Assembly (NCBI GenBank): GCA_965203465.1
Contig: CBDBCR010000003.1
Location: 608,001 to 672,000, forward strand
Reading direction: 5' to 3'
Origin: Nitrosopumilaceae archaeon
GTDB taxonomy: Archaea > Thermoproteota > Nitrososphaeria > Nitrososphaerales > Nitrosopumilaceae
Length of the DNA stretch: 64,000 nt
In this document: one piece after another, positions 18,892-28,588 of the stretch
Position numbering within the stretch: position 1 is the stretch's first letter
How the letters are laid out: each line of letters opens with the position of its first letter
Program-made: the position numbers and the translations under genes
Notes under the pieces: model-generated
The model's input: the letters and a program-made list of their open reading frames with translations, nothing else
What the model was told of the DNA's origin: nothing
Database searches by the model: none

Positions 18892-20013
18892 GTGGAAAGG
18901 CCCCAGGTCTCGATAATACTGCCCACCTACAACGAGTCGATGAACATACTCGGCACGCTGCGCTCCATCGCGGAATCGGTGCCCAAGCGCCTCTCGTTCG
19001 AGACCATAGTGGTAGACGACAACTCGCCGGACGGCACCGCCGGCATCGTCGAAGAGTACGCCGCTGCCGTGCGCGAGCTGGCAGTCAGCGTGGTGCGCCG
19101 CAGCGCAAAGGGCGGCCTGTCCTCGGCCATACTCGCCGGGGTGCAGCGCGCCGCCGGCGAGACGATAGTGGTGATGGACAGCGACATGTCGCACCCGGCC
19201 TCGGTGATACCGAGGCTGCTCGAGGCGCTAAAGTCGCGCTGCGACATAGCCGTGGCCTCGCGCTATTCGCGCGGCGGCGCGGTCTCGGGCTGGAACTCGA
19301 GGCGCCGCCTGATGAGCAGGGTGGCCACCAAGATAGCCCGCTCCGGCCTGCGCGTCGACGTTCAGGATCCGATGTCGGGTTTCTTTGCGTTCCGGCGCCG
19401 CGTCATAGACGACCTAAAGTTCGAGGCCATCGGCTACAAGATGCTCCTAGAAGTCCTCGTAAAGGCGCGCGGCGCGCGCGTCGCGGAGATCCCCTACACG
19501 TTCACCGACAGGGCGCGCGGCTCGAGCAAGCTGGGCGCCTCGACGGTGCTCGACTACGCGCGGCTGGTCTGGCGCCTGTACCGCGGCGGGGCGCGCGGCG
19601 GCGCGCGCCGCTCGGCCGCGTTCCTCTCCAAGGCGGCCCGCTTCTTCACGGTCGGCGCCTCGGGCCTGGCGGTCAACTACGCCGTCTCCCTGCTGCTGGC
19701 CGGCGCCGGCGCGTGGTACGTGCACGCCAACCTTGCCGGCATACTGGTTTCCGTGAGCACCAACTTTACGCTCAACAAGTACTGGACGTTCGGGGACCGC
19801 GACTTTTCCGCGCGCCGCGCCGCCTGGCAGTACGCAAAGTTCGTCGCGTTCAGCTCTTTCGGCGCCGCCGCGCAGCTGGGCATGGTCTTCGGGCTGGTGG
19901 ACGGCGGCCACATGGGGTACCCCGCCGCGCTCGTGCTCTCGGTGGGCGCCTCGGCGATGGCCAACTACGTTCTGAACAAGAGGCTGACGTTCGGCGAGCG
20001 CGTCTGGGGCTAG
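18892..20013 (+). CDS. Dolichol-phosphate mannosyltransferase-like GT2 fused to a GtrA-like domain
   Basis: IILPTYNE, VVDDNSPDGT, VMDSDMSH, DPMSGFF; C-terminal NFTLNKYWTF. Confidence 0.9.
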   Translation: MERPQVSIILPTYNESMNILGTLRSIAESVPKRLSFETIVVDDNSPDGTAGIVEEYAAAVRELAVSVVRRSAKGGLSSAILAGVQRAAGETIVVMDSDMSHPASVIPRLLEALKSRCDIAVASRYSRGGAVSGWNSRRRLMSRVATKIARSGLRVDVQDPMSGFFAFRRRVIDDLKFEAIGYKMLLEVLVKARGARVAEIPYTFTDRARGSSKLGASTVLDYARLVWRLYRGGARGGARRSAAFLSKAARFFTVGASGLAVNYAVSLLLAGAGAWYVHANLAGILVSVSTNFTLNKYWTFGDRDFSARRAAWQYAKFVAFSSFGAAAQLGMVFGLVDGGHMGYPAALVLSVGASAMANYVLNKRLTFGERVWG

Positions 20014-20768
20014 CTCCCCATCCGCCTCGCGATGATGAACGGCGTGGCCAGCAGGACCGGTATCGAGACTGCTATCAGGACGGTCTGGAGTTGCGCCAGC
20101 GCGGCCGCTGCCAGTATGCCGCCGGTGGTCCCCGCGAAGAACGACAGGAAAGTGCCGGCGCACGTGGGGCAGGCGATGAACAGGCCGGTGGCGGCCCCCA
20201 CGGTCCCGCGCGCGGCCGAGATGGCCCCGACTGCCAGCGCCATGTTGAGGCCCACCAGGTACGAGACTGCCAGCTGCAGCACCAGGTTTACCGGCACCAC
20301 CTGCAGCCCGACGTTGTCCGTAATGTACGCGATGGCCGTCGGCATGTAGCCAGGCCTGTCGCAGCAGGGGGCCACGAAGGCCGACGGGATCTCGGCCCCG
20401 TAGTGGTACGAAAACGAGATCTCCGGCTGGTAGACCAGCGTGCCCGACGAGAGCGAAAACAGCACCCCGTACACGGCGAACGTGGCGGCGAATATGCGCC
20501 TGCTCCGGCCGTTCCACGTGGCGCGCGCTATGGTCCCCAGCAGGCCCGGCGGGCCGAGCGCCCTGGCGCGGTGGTACCGGTACAGGCCGCAGGCGACGGC
20601 GCCCAGCGATACTGCCAGCACCACGTAGAACATGTACGCCATGCGGACCAGCGGGCCGGCCGCGTCGGGCGTGAACAGAGCCGGATCCTGGTACCTGGCG
20701 TACAGCACGAAGAGCGAGGCTATGGCCGCGGCCCCCGCGGCGGACAGCCCGAGGCCCGGCGGCAGCAT
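20010..20768 (-). CDS. Multi-pass membrane protein with CPTC motif
   Basis: Several TM helices; FIACPTCAG. Confidence 0.7.
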   Translation of the reverse strand: MLPPGLGLSAAGAAAIASLFVLYARYQDPALFTPDAAGPLVRMAYMFYVVLAVSLGAVACGLYRYHRARALGPPGLLGTIARATWNGRSRRIFAATFAVYGVLFSLSSGTLVYQPEISFSYHYGAEIPSAFVAPCCDRPGYMPTAIAYITDNVGLQVVPVNLVLQLAVSYLVGLNMALAVGAISAARGTVGAATGLFIACPTCAGTFLSFFAGTTGGILAAAALAQLQTVLIAVSIPVLLATPFIIARRMGS

Positions 20769-20802
20769 CGGTCCGGGCGGGCGGCGCGCCGAATTAATGT
20801 AT

Positions 20803-22623
20803 TCACGTGCTCAGTTTTGGCACGAAGATGTACACCAGCGCGATTATCTCCAGGCGCCCTATTATCATCACGAAGGCCAGCGCCACCTTGGTGGCCGGAT
20901 CCGTCTCGGGCGTGATGATGCCGGCAGACAGCCCGCCGGTGGTTATCACGCCGACTGCCTCGAACAGCGAATCCTGCAGCGTGGCGTCGTGCGTGGCCGA
21001 CAGGTGGGCCGCCGTCACCAGCGCTATGCACGGAAACGAGGCCAGTATTATTATCGTGGTGGCCGCCTCCTTGCGCCCCTGCGCGTCGACGAGCCTGCGG
21101 GTGCGCGCGCCGACGGACCTGGCCGCGTCGCGCAGGTGGAAGAACCGGTAGATCTTGATGCCGCCGGCAGTCGAGAACCCGCAGCCGCCTATCACCATGA
21201 GCACCATCAGCACAGAGTGCGCCCACCCGTTGAGGCCGCCGAGCGTGCCAAGCTGCAGGCCGGCCGTCGTGCTAGCCGAGACGGGGTAAAAGGCAGAGAG
21301 CACCGGATCAAAGTCGGTCAGCGCCGAGAACAGCGCCACGCCGGCGCCGAGCACCCCAAAGTACACCAGCACCTCCTTGCCCAGCTTTGGCGAGACGAAC
21401 TTTTTGCGCACGAACCCGTAGTGGAAGGTGAACGGCAGGGCGCCGAGTATCATGGCGGCCATCAGCACCAGGTGCTCCTGCCAGACCAGGTCCTGCAGTA
21501 TGGTGGAGCTCGGAAGGAAGCCGCCGGTGGCCAGCGTGCTCATGGCCAGCGATATGTTGTCTATGATGTTGCGCGAGCCGAACAGGTACAGCAGCGCGGC
21601 CACGATGGCGATGTAGAGCGTGAATATGACCGTGATGGTGCCGAACAGCTCGCGCATGTGCAGCGTCCTGCCCGAGATGAACCCGCGCATGGACTTTAGC
21701 TTGCTCTCCGGGTAAAAGGCGGTCATCACCAGGTATATGAAACTCATGCCGCCGACGAGCTGCGTGAAACTGCGGTAGAACGTAAAGCTCTGCGGCAGCT
21801 GCTCCGGCTCGGGGTACAGCGATATGCCCCCCGTGGTAAAGCCGGCGGCGCTGGAAAAAAAGCTGCTCGCGAACGACTCCACGCTGGTCTCGCCCGAGAT
21901 GTGGGCCACGTACAGGTACGGTATGGTCCCGAACAGCGTCAGTATGAAGAGGCTGGCGAAGACCAGGATCGAGGCCTGCCTCATGTCCAGGCTGGCCTTT
22001 TCGCCGTACGAATTCAGGAAGAACCCGGTGACCAGCAGCAGCACGGTCGTCGAGTATATGCCGGTGGCGGTCTGCGGATCGTTGAGCACTATGGTGGCCA
22101 CTATGGCGGGGACCAGCAGCAGCACCCCGGCGAACTGCAGCACGAACCCCAGGTTGCCCAGCACGGCCTTGACCGGCGGGCTGAGCAGGCGCGGCGGCAC
22201 CGCGTTTGCCTCGCGCACGGCGGAGGCTATGCGCGCCTGCCGTATGATGCCTATTATCCCGCTCTCCTTGGAGACCACCAAGAGCTTGCGTATGCCGTGC
22301 CTGTGCATCACCTCGAGGGCCTCGCGCAGGCTGGCCTTGTCGTGTATGGTGACGAGCTCGGAGCTCATCAAGTCCCCTATCCGGGTGTGCTCGGCGGTCA
22401 CGCTCGTGTCGCCCACCTTGTCGAGTATGTCGTGGTCGGTGACTATGCCCACCGGCGTGCCCCCGTCGGTGACCACGATGTCGTCGCGCTGCGTCTGCTG
22501 GAGGCGGCTGGCCGCCTCGCTGGTGGGCGTGGCGCGGTCCATCGTGACCAGTTCTCGGTCCATGTAGCGCGAGACCGGCCTGGACAGGACGTACTGCACT
22601 GACTTTGCCTGGCCGGCGGACAC
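20803..22623 (-). CDS. CBS-domain plus TrkH-type potassium transporter
   Basis: N-terminal CBS pair; pore loops FTTGG, LATGG, STTAG, ITTGG; STAGGIK. Confidence 0.88.
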   Translation of the reverse strand: MSAGQAKSVQYVLSRPVSRYMDRELVTMDRATPTSEAASRLQQTQRDDIVVTDGGTPVGIVTDHDILDKVGDTSVTAEHTRIGDLMSSELVTIHDKASLREALEVMHRHGIRKLLVVSKESGIIGIIRQARIASAVREANAVPPRLLSPPVKAVLGNLGFVLQFAGVLLLVPAIVATIVLNDPQTATGIYSTTVLLLVTGFFLNSYGEKASLDMRQASILVFASLFILTLFGTIPYLYVAHISGETSVESFASSFFSSAAGFTTGGISLYPEPEQLPQSFTFYRSFTQLVGGMSFIYLVMTAFYPESKLKSMRGFISGRTLHMRELFGTITVIFTLYIAIVAALLYLFGSRNIIDNISLAMSTLATGGFLPSSTILQDLVWQEHLVLMAAMILGALPFTFHYGFVRKKFVSPKLGKEVLVYFGVLGAGVALFSALTDFDPVLSAFYPVSASTTAGLQLGTLGGLNGWAHSVLMVLMVIGGCGFSTAGGIKIYRFFHLRDAARSVGARTRRLVDAQGRKEAATTIIILASFPCIALVTAAHLSATHDATLQDSLFEAVGVITTGGLSAGIITPETDPATKVALAFVMIIGRLEIIALVYIFVPKLST

Positions 22624-22697
22624 GCGGGCCGAGGCCGCTCCTCTCTTTAAATAACCTTGGCGGGCCGTTTAATAATGCAGGCATCGCCCGCCCGCGC

Positions 22698-23120
22698 GTG
22701 GAGATAGACCAGCCCCCCGAGCCCGGCTACGACTGCGTCAGCGTCGGCCAGATAGGCGTGCTGGGGCCCGAGGCAGTCGAGGGCGTGCTGGTGCTGCGCT
22801 CCGAATCTGGCCTGGAGTTCCCCATGGCCAGCTTTTCGGCCGAGGTGGCGGCGCAGATAGCCGAATCCATGGAGGGCAGGCAGCCGGGGCAGCCCTCGGC
22901 GTACGGCATGATAGAGGAGCTGTGCGACAACAACGAGCAGTTCCTCGTAAAGGTCAAGATATACCAGAGCGGCGAGGCCATGCGGGCCAGCCTCTACTTC
23001 GCGGGCCGCCGCGAGCTGGTCCTGCGCAACCACCGCGCCTCGGACGCCATCGCCCTGGCGATGCGCTGCGGCGCCCCCATCCTGATGCGCGAGGACCTGC
23101 TGCGCGGCATCGAGCCCTAG
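22698..23120 (+). CDS. Bifunctional nuclease (DUF151) family protein
   Basis: HRASDAIALAMRCGAPI. Confidence 0.75.
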   Translation: MEIDQPPEPGYDCVSVGQIGVLGPEAVEGVLVLRSESGLEFPMASFSAEVAAQIAESMEGRQPGQPSAYGMIEELCDNNEQFLVKVKIYQSGEAMRASLYFAGRRELVLRNHRASDAIALAMRCGAPILMREDLLRGIEP

Positions 23121-24199
23121 GTGACCAGCTCGGCCAGCCTCTCCTGCCGCAGAGCCTCGGATATTTCCATGGCCAGGCGCCTGCCCACGCCGAACGTCGA
23201 GCCGTACTGGTACTTTGTGTAGGGGCTCGTCGTCGCCAGTATGGGGTTGCCCGGCACCCGGAGCGAGACGTCGTACACGACTATGTCCATGTCCGTGGTG
23301 ATGATGCCCTGCAGCGAAAAGGGCCCTATTATCCCCGGCGGGTACTCTTTTCTGCAGGCCGCCGAGAACCGCTCGCCCATCGACATTATCTGCTCGAGGA
23401 ACGATTCCCTGACGCTGGCCGGCGTGTGGCCGACCTCGATGTTCTGAAGCTCCACGTCAAGTTCCAGCTGCTCCCTCGCCGGCATCGCCGCGTACCCCGA
23501 GACGTTGGTCTGAAGGCGCCTCTCTATTCCCATAAAGTCGCACTGGCCGGTCAGCGGCGATGCGAAAAAGTTGAAGTTCATGTGCGCGCCTATCACGAAC
23601 TCCTCCACCGTGGCAGAGGCCAGCGCGGCGCGCGAGACCAGGCCCGAGCGCACGCGCTTTTCGCACTTTTCGAGGTAGTCCTTTTCCGAAGAGGCCGTGA
23701 AGAAGGCGCGCTCCAGCCTGCGCTTCTTCTCCTGCACCTTTACTATCACGGGCCCGCGCACGGAGCGCACTATCCGGGGGTGCCGTATGCGGGCCCTGCG
23801 CAGCAGGTGGTACTGGTCGCGCGGCCCGCCCCTCTCTTCTGCCCTCAGCAGCGAGCGGTTGCCCAGCAGCGGCACGCGCAGGCGATCCTCGACCCCGCCG
23901 TAGCCCAGGTACGCGGTAAGGGCGCGGTGCGGCACCAGCAGCGTCTGCGTGCGGAGCAGCATCTTTTGGAAGCGCGCGCCGAGCATCGCCGAAAACTTGC
24001 CGAGCACCTCGACCTCGTCGGCCAGCCTAGAGTACCGCAGGTACGGGCCCTCCCTCCCGCGCTGGCAGACCACGAGCGTCTCGAGCCCCTCGTCCTTGGC
24101 CCCGTCCATGATCTCGAGGGCCGAGTGGCTCCCGAGCACGCCCACGCGCGGCGAGCCGTACGATCCGGCGATCTCTTGCATCCGTTCGCGCCGTATCAC
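23117..24199 (-). CDS. purP: Formate-dependent AICAR formyltransferase-like ATP-grasp protein
   Basis: LGSHSALEI, GIERRLQTN, GHTPASVRES, GPFSLQ. Confidence 0.88.
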   Translation of the reverse strand: MIRRERMQEIAGSYGSPRVGVLGSHSALEIMDGAKDEGLETLVVCQRGREGPYLRYSRLADEVEVLGKFSAMLGARFQKMLLRTQTLLVPHRALTAYLGYGGVEDRLRVPLLGNRSLLRAEERGGPRDQYHLLRRARIRHPRIVRSVRGPVIVKVQEKKRRLERAFFTASSEKDYLEKCEKRVRSGLVSRAALASATVEEFVIGAHMNFNFFASPLTGQCDFMGIERRLQTNVSGYAAMPAREQLELDVELQNIEVGHTPASVRESFLEQIMSMGERFSAACRKEYPPGIIGPFSLQGIITTDMDIVVYDVSLRVPGNPILATTSPYTKYQYGSTFGVGRRLAMEISEALRQERLAELVT

Positions 24200-24252
24200 G
24201 GCGCGCGCGCCCCCCGGCGGGTATAAATCCGTGGCGGGCCCGCCCCCCGCGC

Positions 24253-24390
24253 GTGGCGTTCAGTTTCGAGATGGTCATGGCCGGCGCCATACTGCTCTCG
24301 GCGATGGCCGTCGGCGGCATAGCCGTGCTGCGTCGTGCCAAGAGCGGCCAGCCAACAGATAAAAGCGCCGGCGCCCCGACAGAGCCGTGA
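24253..24390 (+). CDS. Small single-TM protein (45 aa), not in the ORF track
   Basis: VAFSFEMVMAGAILLSAMAVGGIAVLRRAK...; TATA upstream; TGA overlaps the ubiX GTG. Confidence 0.55.
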   Translation: MAFSFEMVMAGAILLSAMAVGGIAVLRRAKSGQPTDKSAGAPTEP

Positions 24391-24941
24391 AGATCATAGT
24401 CGCCATGACCGGCAGCACGGGCGCCATCTACGGCATACGGATGCTCGAGGTTCTCAAGGACATGGGCGTCGAGACGCACTTGGTCATGAGCGAGTGGGCC
24501 TCCAAGTGCATACTGATGGAGACGCAGCACAGCATCGACACCGTAAAGTCCATGGCCACGCACGTCTACGACGTCTCCAACATGGCCGCGTCCATCTCGA
24601 GCGGCACGTTCCGCATCGACGGGATGGCCGTGGCCCCGTGCAGCATGAAGACGCTCTCTAGCATAGCGAGCGGCTACGACGAGAACCTCGTGTCGCGCGC
24701 GGCAGGCGTCGCGCTCAAGGAGGGCCGCAGGCTCGTGCTGATGGCGCGCGAGACGCCGCTGTCGGCCATACACCTGGAGAACATGCTCAAACTCGCGAGG
24801 CTGGGGGCCGTCATGCTGCCGCCGGTCACCGAGTTTTACACGAAGCCCGAGACCGTCGGCGACATCATCGACCACGGCGTCGGCAAGTGCCTGGATCAGT
24901 TCGGCCTGGACCACGGGCTGTACCGCCGGTGGGGAACATGA
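24387..24941 (+). CDS. ubiX: Flavin prenyltransferase
   Basis: IIVAMTGSTG, ASISSG, APCSMKTL, RETPLS. Confidence 0.93.
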   Translation: MKIIVAMTGSTGAIYGIRMLEVLKDMGVETHLVMSEWASKCILMETQHSIDTVKSMATHVYDVSNMAASISSGTFRIDGMAVAPCSMKTLSSIASGYDENLVSRAAGVALKEGRRLVLMARETPLSAIHLENMLKLARLGAVMLPPVTEFYTKPETVGDIIDHGVGKCLDQFGLDHGLYRRWGT

Positions 24942-24945
24942 CGGC

Positions 24946-25386
24946 TTGGCCCGCCTCGAGTGCTCTGTGCTGATCCGCGCCCCGCCGGAGCCGGTCTTCG
25001 AGCTTGCCACCGACTACGAGGCGTTCGCCGAGCTGATGCCCCGCCGCTTCGTAGAGGTGAGGGTAAGATCACGCCGCGGCCCGGTGGCCGTCGTCGAGGA
25101 GCGCGTCAGGATGGGCGGGCGCACGCTGCACATGCTCACGCGCCACGAGGCCTCGGGCATGACGCACTCGGCCTCTGTGCTAGGCGGCCCCGCGCGCGGC
25201 AGCGTCTTCGTCGAAAAGTATTCGGGGGCCGAGGGCGGCACGCTGATGAGCCTCGATGCGAGCGTGCGCCTGCGAGGCGCCTGGGCGCTGGCAGCCCCGT
25301 TCGCCGGCGGCCGGATACGCCGCGAGATAGAGAGCGCCGCGAGGGAGTTCGCCGAGGCCGCCGAGGCCCGGCTCTGCCGGTCTTGA
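24946..25386 (+). CDS. SRPBCC/cyclase family protein
   Basis: IRAPPEPVFELATDYE. Confidence 0.7.
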   Translation: MARLECSVLIRAPPEPVFELATDYEAFAELMPRRFVEVRVRSRRGPVAVVEERVRMGGRTLHMLTRHEASGMTHSASVLGGPARGSVFVEKYSGAEGGTLMSLDASVRLRGAWALAAPFAGGRIRREIESAAREFAEAAEARLCRS

Positions 25387-25407
25387 ACTTTTCAGATCTT
25401 TGCTCGG

Positions 25408-25626
25408 TCAGTCGGGCCGAGTTTGGCCGGCGCCGCCGTCGTTGTCCTTGAATTTTTTGAGCTCTTTTTCGCCCTCCAGCTTGCCCTGCTCGTACTCGCC
25501 GCGGGCCTTGCCGAATGTCTTTGCGAGCTCTGGTATCTTTTTGGCGCCAAAGATGAATATGACCGCCACGATGATGACGATTATCCACTCCTGCCCCTGG
25601 ATGAACCCGGCCAAGCCCCCTAGCAT
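25408..25626 (-). CDS. tatA: Twin-arginine translocase TatA/E
   Basis: FIFGAKKIPELAKTFGKA. Confidence 0.9.
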   Translation of the reverse strand: MLGGLAGFIQGQEWIIVIIVAVIFIFGAKKIPELAKTFGKARGEYEQGKLEGEKELKKFKDNDGGAGQTRPD

Positions 25627-25718
25627 GCCCCGGGTGCGGGGCGCCGGATTTTTAAGTGTTTGAAAGCGCGGCCCCGATCCGCGGCGCCCGGGTTCGCGCC
25701 CACATGATTTGCAAAGCC

Positions 25719-25800
25719 CGCCAGGTAAGGGATTCGAACCCCTGAGCGCTTGCGCGCAGCCGCTCTCGAGGCGGCCGCCGTACCACTTGGCTAACCTGGC
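25719..25800 (-). tRNA. tRNA-Ser(CGA)
   Basis: GCCAGGT/ACCTGGC acceptor stem, GCCGC-CT-CGA-GA-GCGGC anticodon arm, long variable arm, GGTTCGAATCC. Confidence 0.93.
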
Positions 25801-25843
25801 GGAGGGGGCACGGCCGGCGCCCTTTATATAGCAAGCCGGAAGC

Positions 25844-26191
25844 TCACGCGGATCCGAACATCGATTCGAGCAGATCCATAGTCTGCGAAAAGCGCTCCTT
25901 GCTCTGCTCGAGCGCCGCCTGCGGGTATTCGGGTATGGGGTAGACGCGCTGCGCCCCGAACTCGGGCACCAGCACGCCCCCGGAGGTGACCTGCTGCTCC
26001 ACGACGTGCCCCTCGGCGACGGTGCAGACTATCTCCTCGTGCGAATCGTCCTGCTCCTCGACCGTCTGCCGGTACAGCACCACGGGCCTGCCCGTCTTGG
26101 ATACCGCCTCGGAGGCCGAGCGCAGCAGCTCCTCCATCCTCCCCAGCTGCCAAGAGTCGAGCGGCACCTGCCGCTTTCTTGCCCCGCGCAT
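25844..26191 (-). CDS. Hypothetical protein
   Basis: 115 aa, directly downstream of the DPS-like gene. Confidence 0.65.
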   Translation of the reverse strand: MRGARKRQVPLDSWQLGRMEELLRSASEAVSKTGRPVVLYRQTVEEQDDSHEEIVCTVAEGHVVEQQVTSGGVLVPEFGAQRVYPIPEYPQAALEQSKERFSQTMDLLESMFGSA

Positions 26192-26767
26192 CTACACGTC
26201 GAGGGCGCGCGAGTGCCTGCGGGTGTGCGGGCGCTCGCCCGAGTACTTGCGCCGCATGTGGCCCGAGGGCCGCCCGTAGAGCAGCTCCAAAAACCACGAT
26301 TCGTGCTCGACCTCTTCGGCCAGTATGTCCTTGGCTATGTCGTAGGTCACCGGATCCTTGCCCAGCGTCATCTTGCATATCTTGTCCCAGTTGACGATGG
26401 CGCCCTGCTCGGCCTTTAGGCACTTTTGCAGTATCGCCTTGAGATCCGTCGGCTTTGCGGGAAGCTGGAGGAACTCGCACCCGGACATCCTTATGAACTC
26501 GGTGGCGTCCTTGGGCAGCGCCCCGCCCAGCTGGTGTATCCTCTCGATGCACGATTCAAAGTGGCTCAAGTCCTCCAGGCGCGCGTCCTCGATTATGCCC
26601 TTTACGCCCTCGCCCTCCATGCCGGTGCAGTGGGTGCGCAGGTTGGTGAAGTAGTAGTAGGCCGTGAACTCGACGGCCGCGTTGGTCACCAGCTCCTTTA
26701 CCAGCTTTGGCACGTCGACGCCGTTCTTTTCGAGGACCGCGACCCCGACGACCTTGGGCTTTGCCAC
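26192..26767 (-). CDS. DPS-like ferritin-family protein
   Basis: EFTAYYYF, EDARLEDLSHFE, AEQGA, EEVEHESWF di-iron motifs. Confidence 0.9.
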   Translation of the reverse strand: MAKPKVVGVAVLEKNGVDVPKLVKELVTNAAVEFTAYYYFTNLRTHCTGMEGEGVKGIIEDARLEDLSHFESCIERIHQLGGALPKDATEFIRMSGCEFLQLPAKPTDLKAILQKCLKAEQGAIVNWDKICKMTLGKDPVTYDIAKDILAEEVEHESWFLELLYGRPSGHMRRKYSGERPHTRRHSRALDV

Positions 26768-26932
26768 GCGCGGCCCGCGCGGCCAGACATTATAAGTTGT
26801 GTGCAGGGTTCCCGGATCGTGCTATCGTGTCCCCCGGCCCTGACTCGCGCAGTATCACGGGCACAGTAGCCATAGGCCTCCCTGGGCTCTCTGGCCGGGG
26901 CCGCCCATGTGCCGCGCGTGGGTGACCGGGAG

Positions 26933-28588
26933 TCACGCCTGGGCCGTCCGGCCCGCTCTTCCCCGTCCGTCCGCGCGGTTGCTCTTGTGGGCGCCGCGCC
27001 CGCCGCCCGCGTCAAATATTAACCCTAGATCGACCTCGAAGCCGGCGGCCGGCACGCGCAGCCGGTGTGCCGAGGCCACCTCCGAGGCGATCTCGCCGAC
27101 TTTTCCCACCGTCCTGTTTTTGGCCACGAGCCGCGCGGCCCTGCCCTCCTGCAGCGCCGGATCGGAAAAGGCGCGCGTGGACGCGGAGGCGCCGAGGGCC
27201 GCAAGCGCCGCCACGGCGGCCGACTTTGCCTCGCTGAAGCCGGCGCCCGCGTGCGCCGAGACGGAGGCCAGCACGAGCCGCTCGCGCACGGGCCGTCCGC
27301 GCTCAAATGCCGCGCCCGTCTCGAATATCCTCTGCGGGTACGGCCTGTGCACGTTGGCCGACAGCGTGGCCGCGAGGCCCGGCAGCAGCGAGCCCCTCAA
27401 AAAGGCGCCGCCCTCCTTGGGGTCGGCCACGCGCAGCAGCCCGCCTGACGAGCCGGGCAGATCGGGTGCGAGGCACGTGTTGAGCACCTCGGTGTACCCG
27501 AGCCCCACCATGGCCAGCGCCGCGCGCTCCAGCATGACGGTCTGCGCGTCCCGGCCGCCCGGCGCCGACCAGGCGGGCATCCGCGGCTCCAGCCTCCAGA
27601 CGCCGTACCCTAGCGCGGCCTCTTCTGCCAGGTCGCGCGAATTGCGCACGTCGAAGCGGTGGCGCGGCACGACGCACGCGATTCTGGAGCCTGCCGCCGA
27701 GGCGTCCAGCCGGGCGCGGCGCAGGCACCGCGCGGCCTCGGCGGCCGATACTTCGACCCCGAGCACCGACGAGATCTCCGCCGCGTCGACGGACAGGCGC
27801 CTGCCGGCCAGCGAGGCGCCGGGCAGGCGTCCGACCTCGAAGCCCGCTCTGCCTAGCGTAAAGGCCACCACGGAGAGCGCGTCCTCGACGCGCGCCTTTT
27901 CGTGCCCGGTCACCTCCACGAACAGCGAGCGCGTGCCCTCGCGCACCGCGGTGCGCTCGGAATTGACGACCGGCGGCAGCGATATTATGCGGCCGTCCGC
28001 GTCGCGCAGCACCGGCACCGGGCCCGCGCCCAGCAGGCCCGAGTATTTGCGGCCCTGCTCGGTGCGGCGCAGCGCCTCGGCCAGGCTCATCTCTTCGGCG
28101 CCCAGCGGCGCGAACCGGGCCGAGCGGCGCGCTGCCTGCTCGTAGGTCAGCGGGAACCTCACCCGGTCCATGTCGTGGATTCCTATGGAAGAGCGGCGCC
28201 TGCCCCTGCCCATCCCCGCGTCCAGATCGTCCTGCATCGAGATAAGCTGCCGTATCATGCGCCCGTCCACGCGCGCCCCGGAAGCGCACGCGCCCACGAT
28301 GACGGGCCTCGCGGCCGGCTTTTTGTTGCGCAGCCGGGCCCGGGCGGCGCGCGGGGCCGCGGCCGCCGGGCCGTCGGCCTCGCCGAGCAGCCCCTCGAGG
28401 CCGGCGGCGATCCCGTACTCTGTCGAATAGTCCGGCCGGTTGGGGCTGTACTCCACCCGCACCGAATCGCCCGACGCGGACTCTATGTCGAGGCCCAAGT
28501 AGGGCAGCGCCTCGACGATGCGGCCGCGCGCGGGCCGGCCCCGGACCTGCGCGCGCAGGCCGGACAGGCTCAGCTCCACTACCGGCAA
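26933..28588 (-). CDS. pheT: Phenylalanine--tRNA ligase beta subunit
   Basis: EYSPNRPD, GIHDMD, SLPPVVNS, DLAEEAALGYG. Confidence 0.9.
   Translation of the reverse strand: MPVVELSLSGLRAQVRGRPARGRIVEALPYLGLDIESASGDSVRVEYSPNRPDYSTEYGIAAGLEGLLGEADGPAAAAPRAARARLRNKKPAARPVIVGACASGARVDGRMIRQLISMQDDLDAGMGRGRRRSSIGIHDMDRVRFPLTYEQAARRSARFAPLGAEEMSLAEALRRTEQGRKYSGLLGAGPVPVLRDADGRIISLPPVVNSERTAVREGTRSLFVEVTGHEKARVEDALSVVAFTLGRAGFEVGRLPGASLAGRRLSVDAAEISSVLGVEVSAAEAARCLRRARLDASAAGSRIACVVPRHRFDVRNSRDLAEEAALGYGVWRLEPRMPAWSAPGGRDAQTVMLERAALAMVGLGYTEVLNTCLAPDLPGSSGGLLRVADPKEGGAFLRGSLLPGLAATLSANVHRPYPQRIFETGAAFERGRPVRERLVLASVSAHAGAGFSEAKSAAVAALAALGASASTRAFSDPALQEGRAARLVAKNRTVGKVGEIASEVASAHRLRVPAAGFEVDLGLIFDAGGGRGAHKSNRADGRGRAGRTAQA

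Noticed and set aside
25700-25830. tRNA-Ser (and tRNA-Pro at 50030) as integration sites
   Set aside because: No integrase and no duplicated tRNA 3' end found in the window
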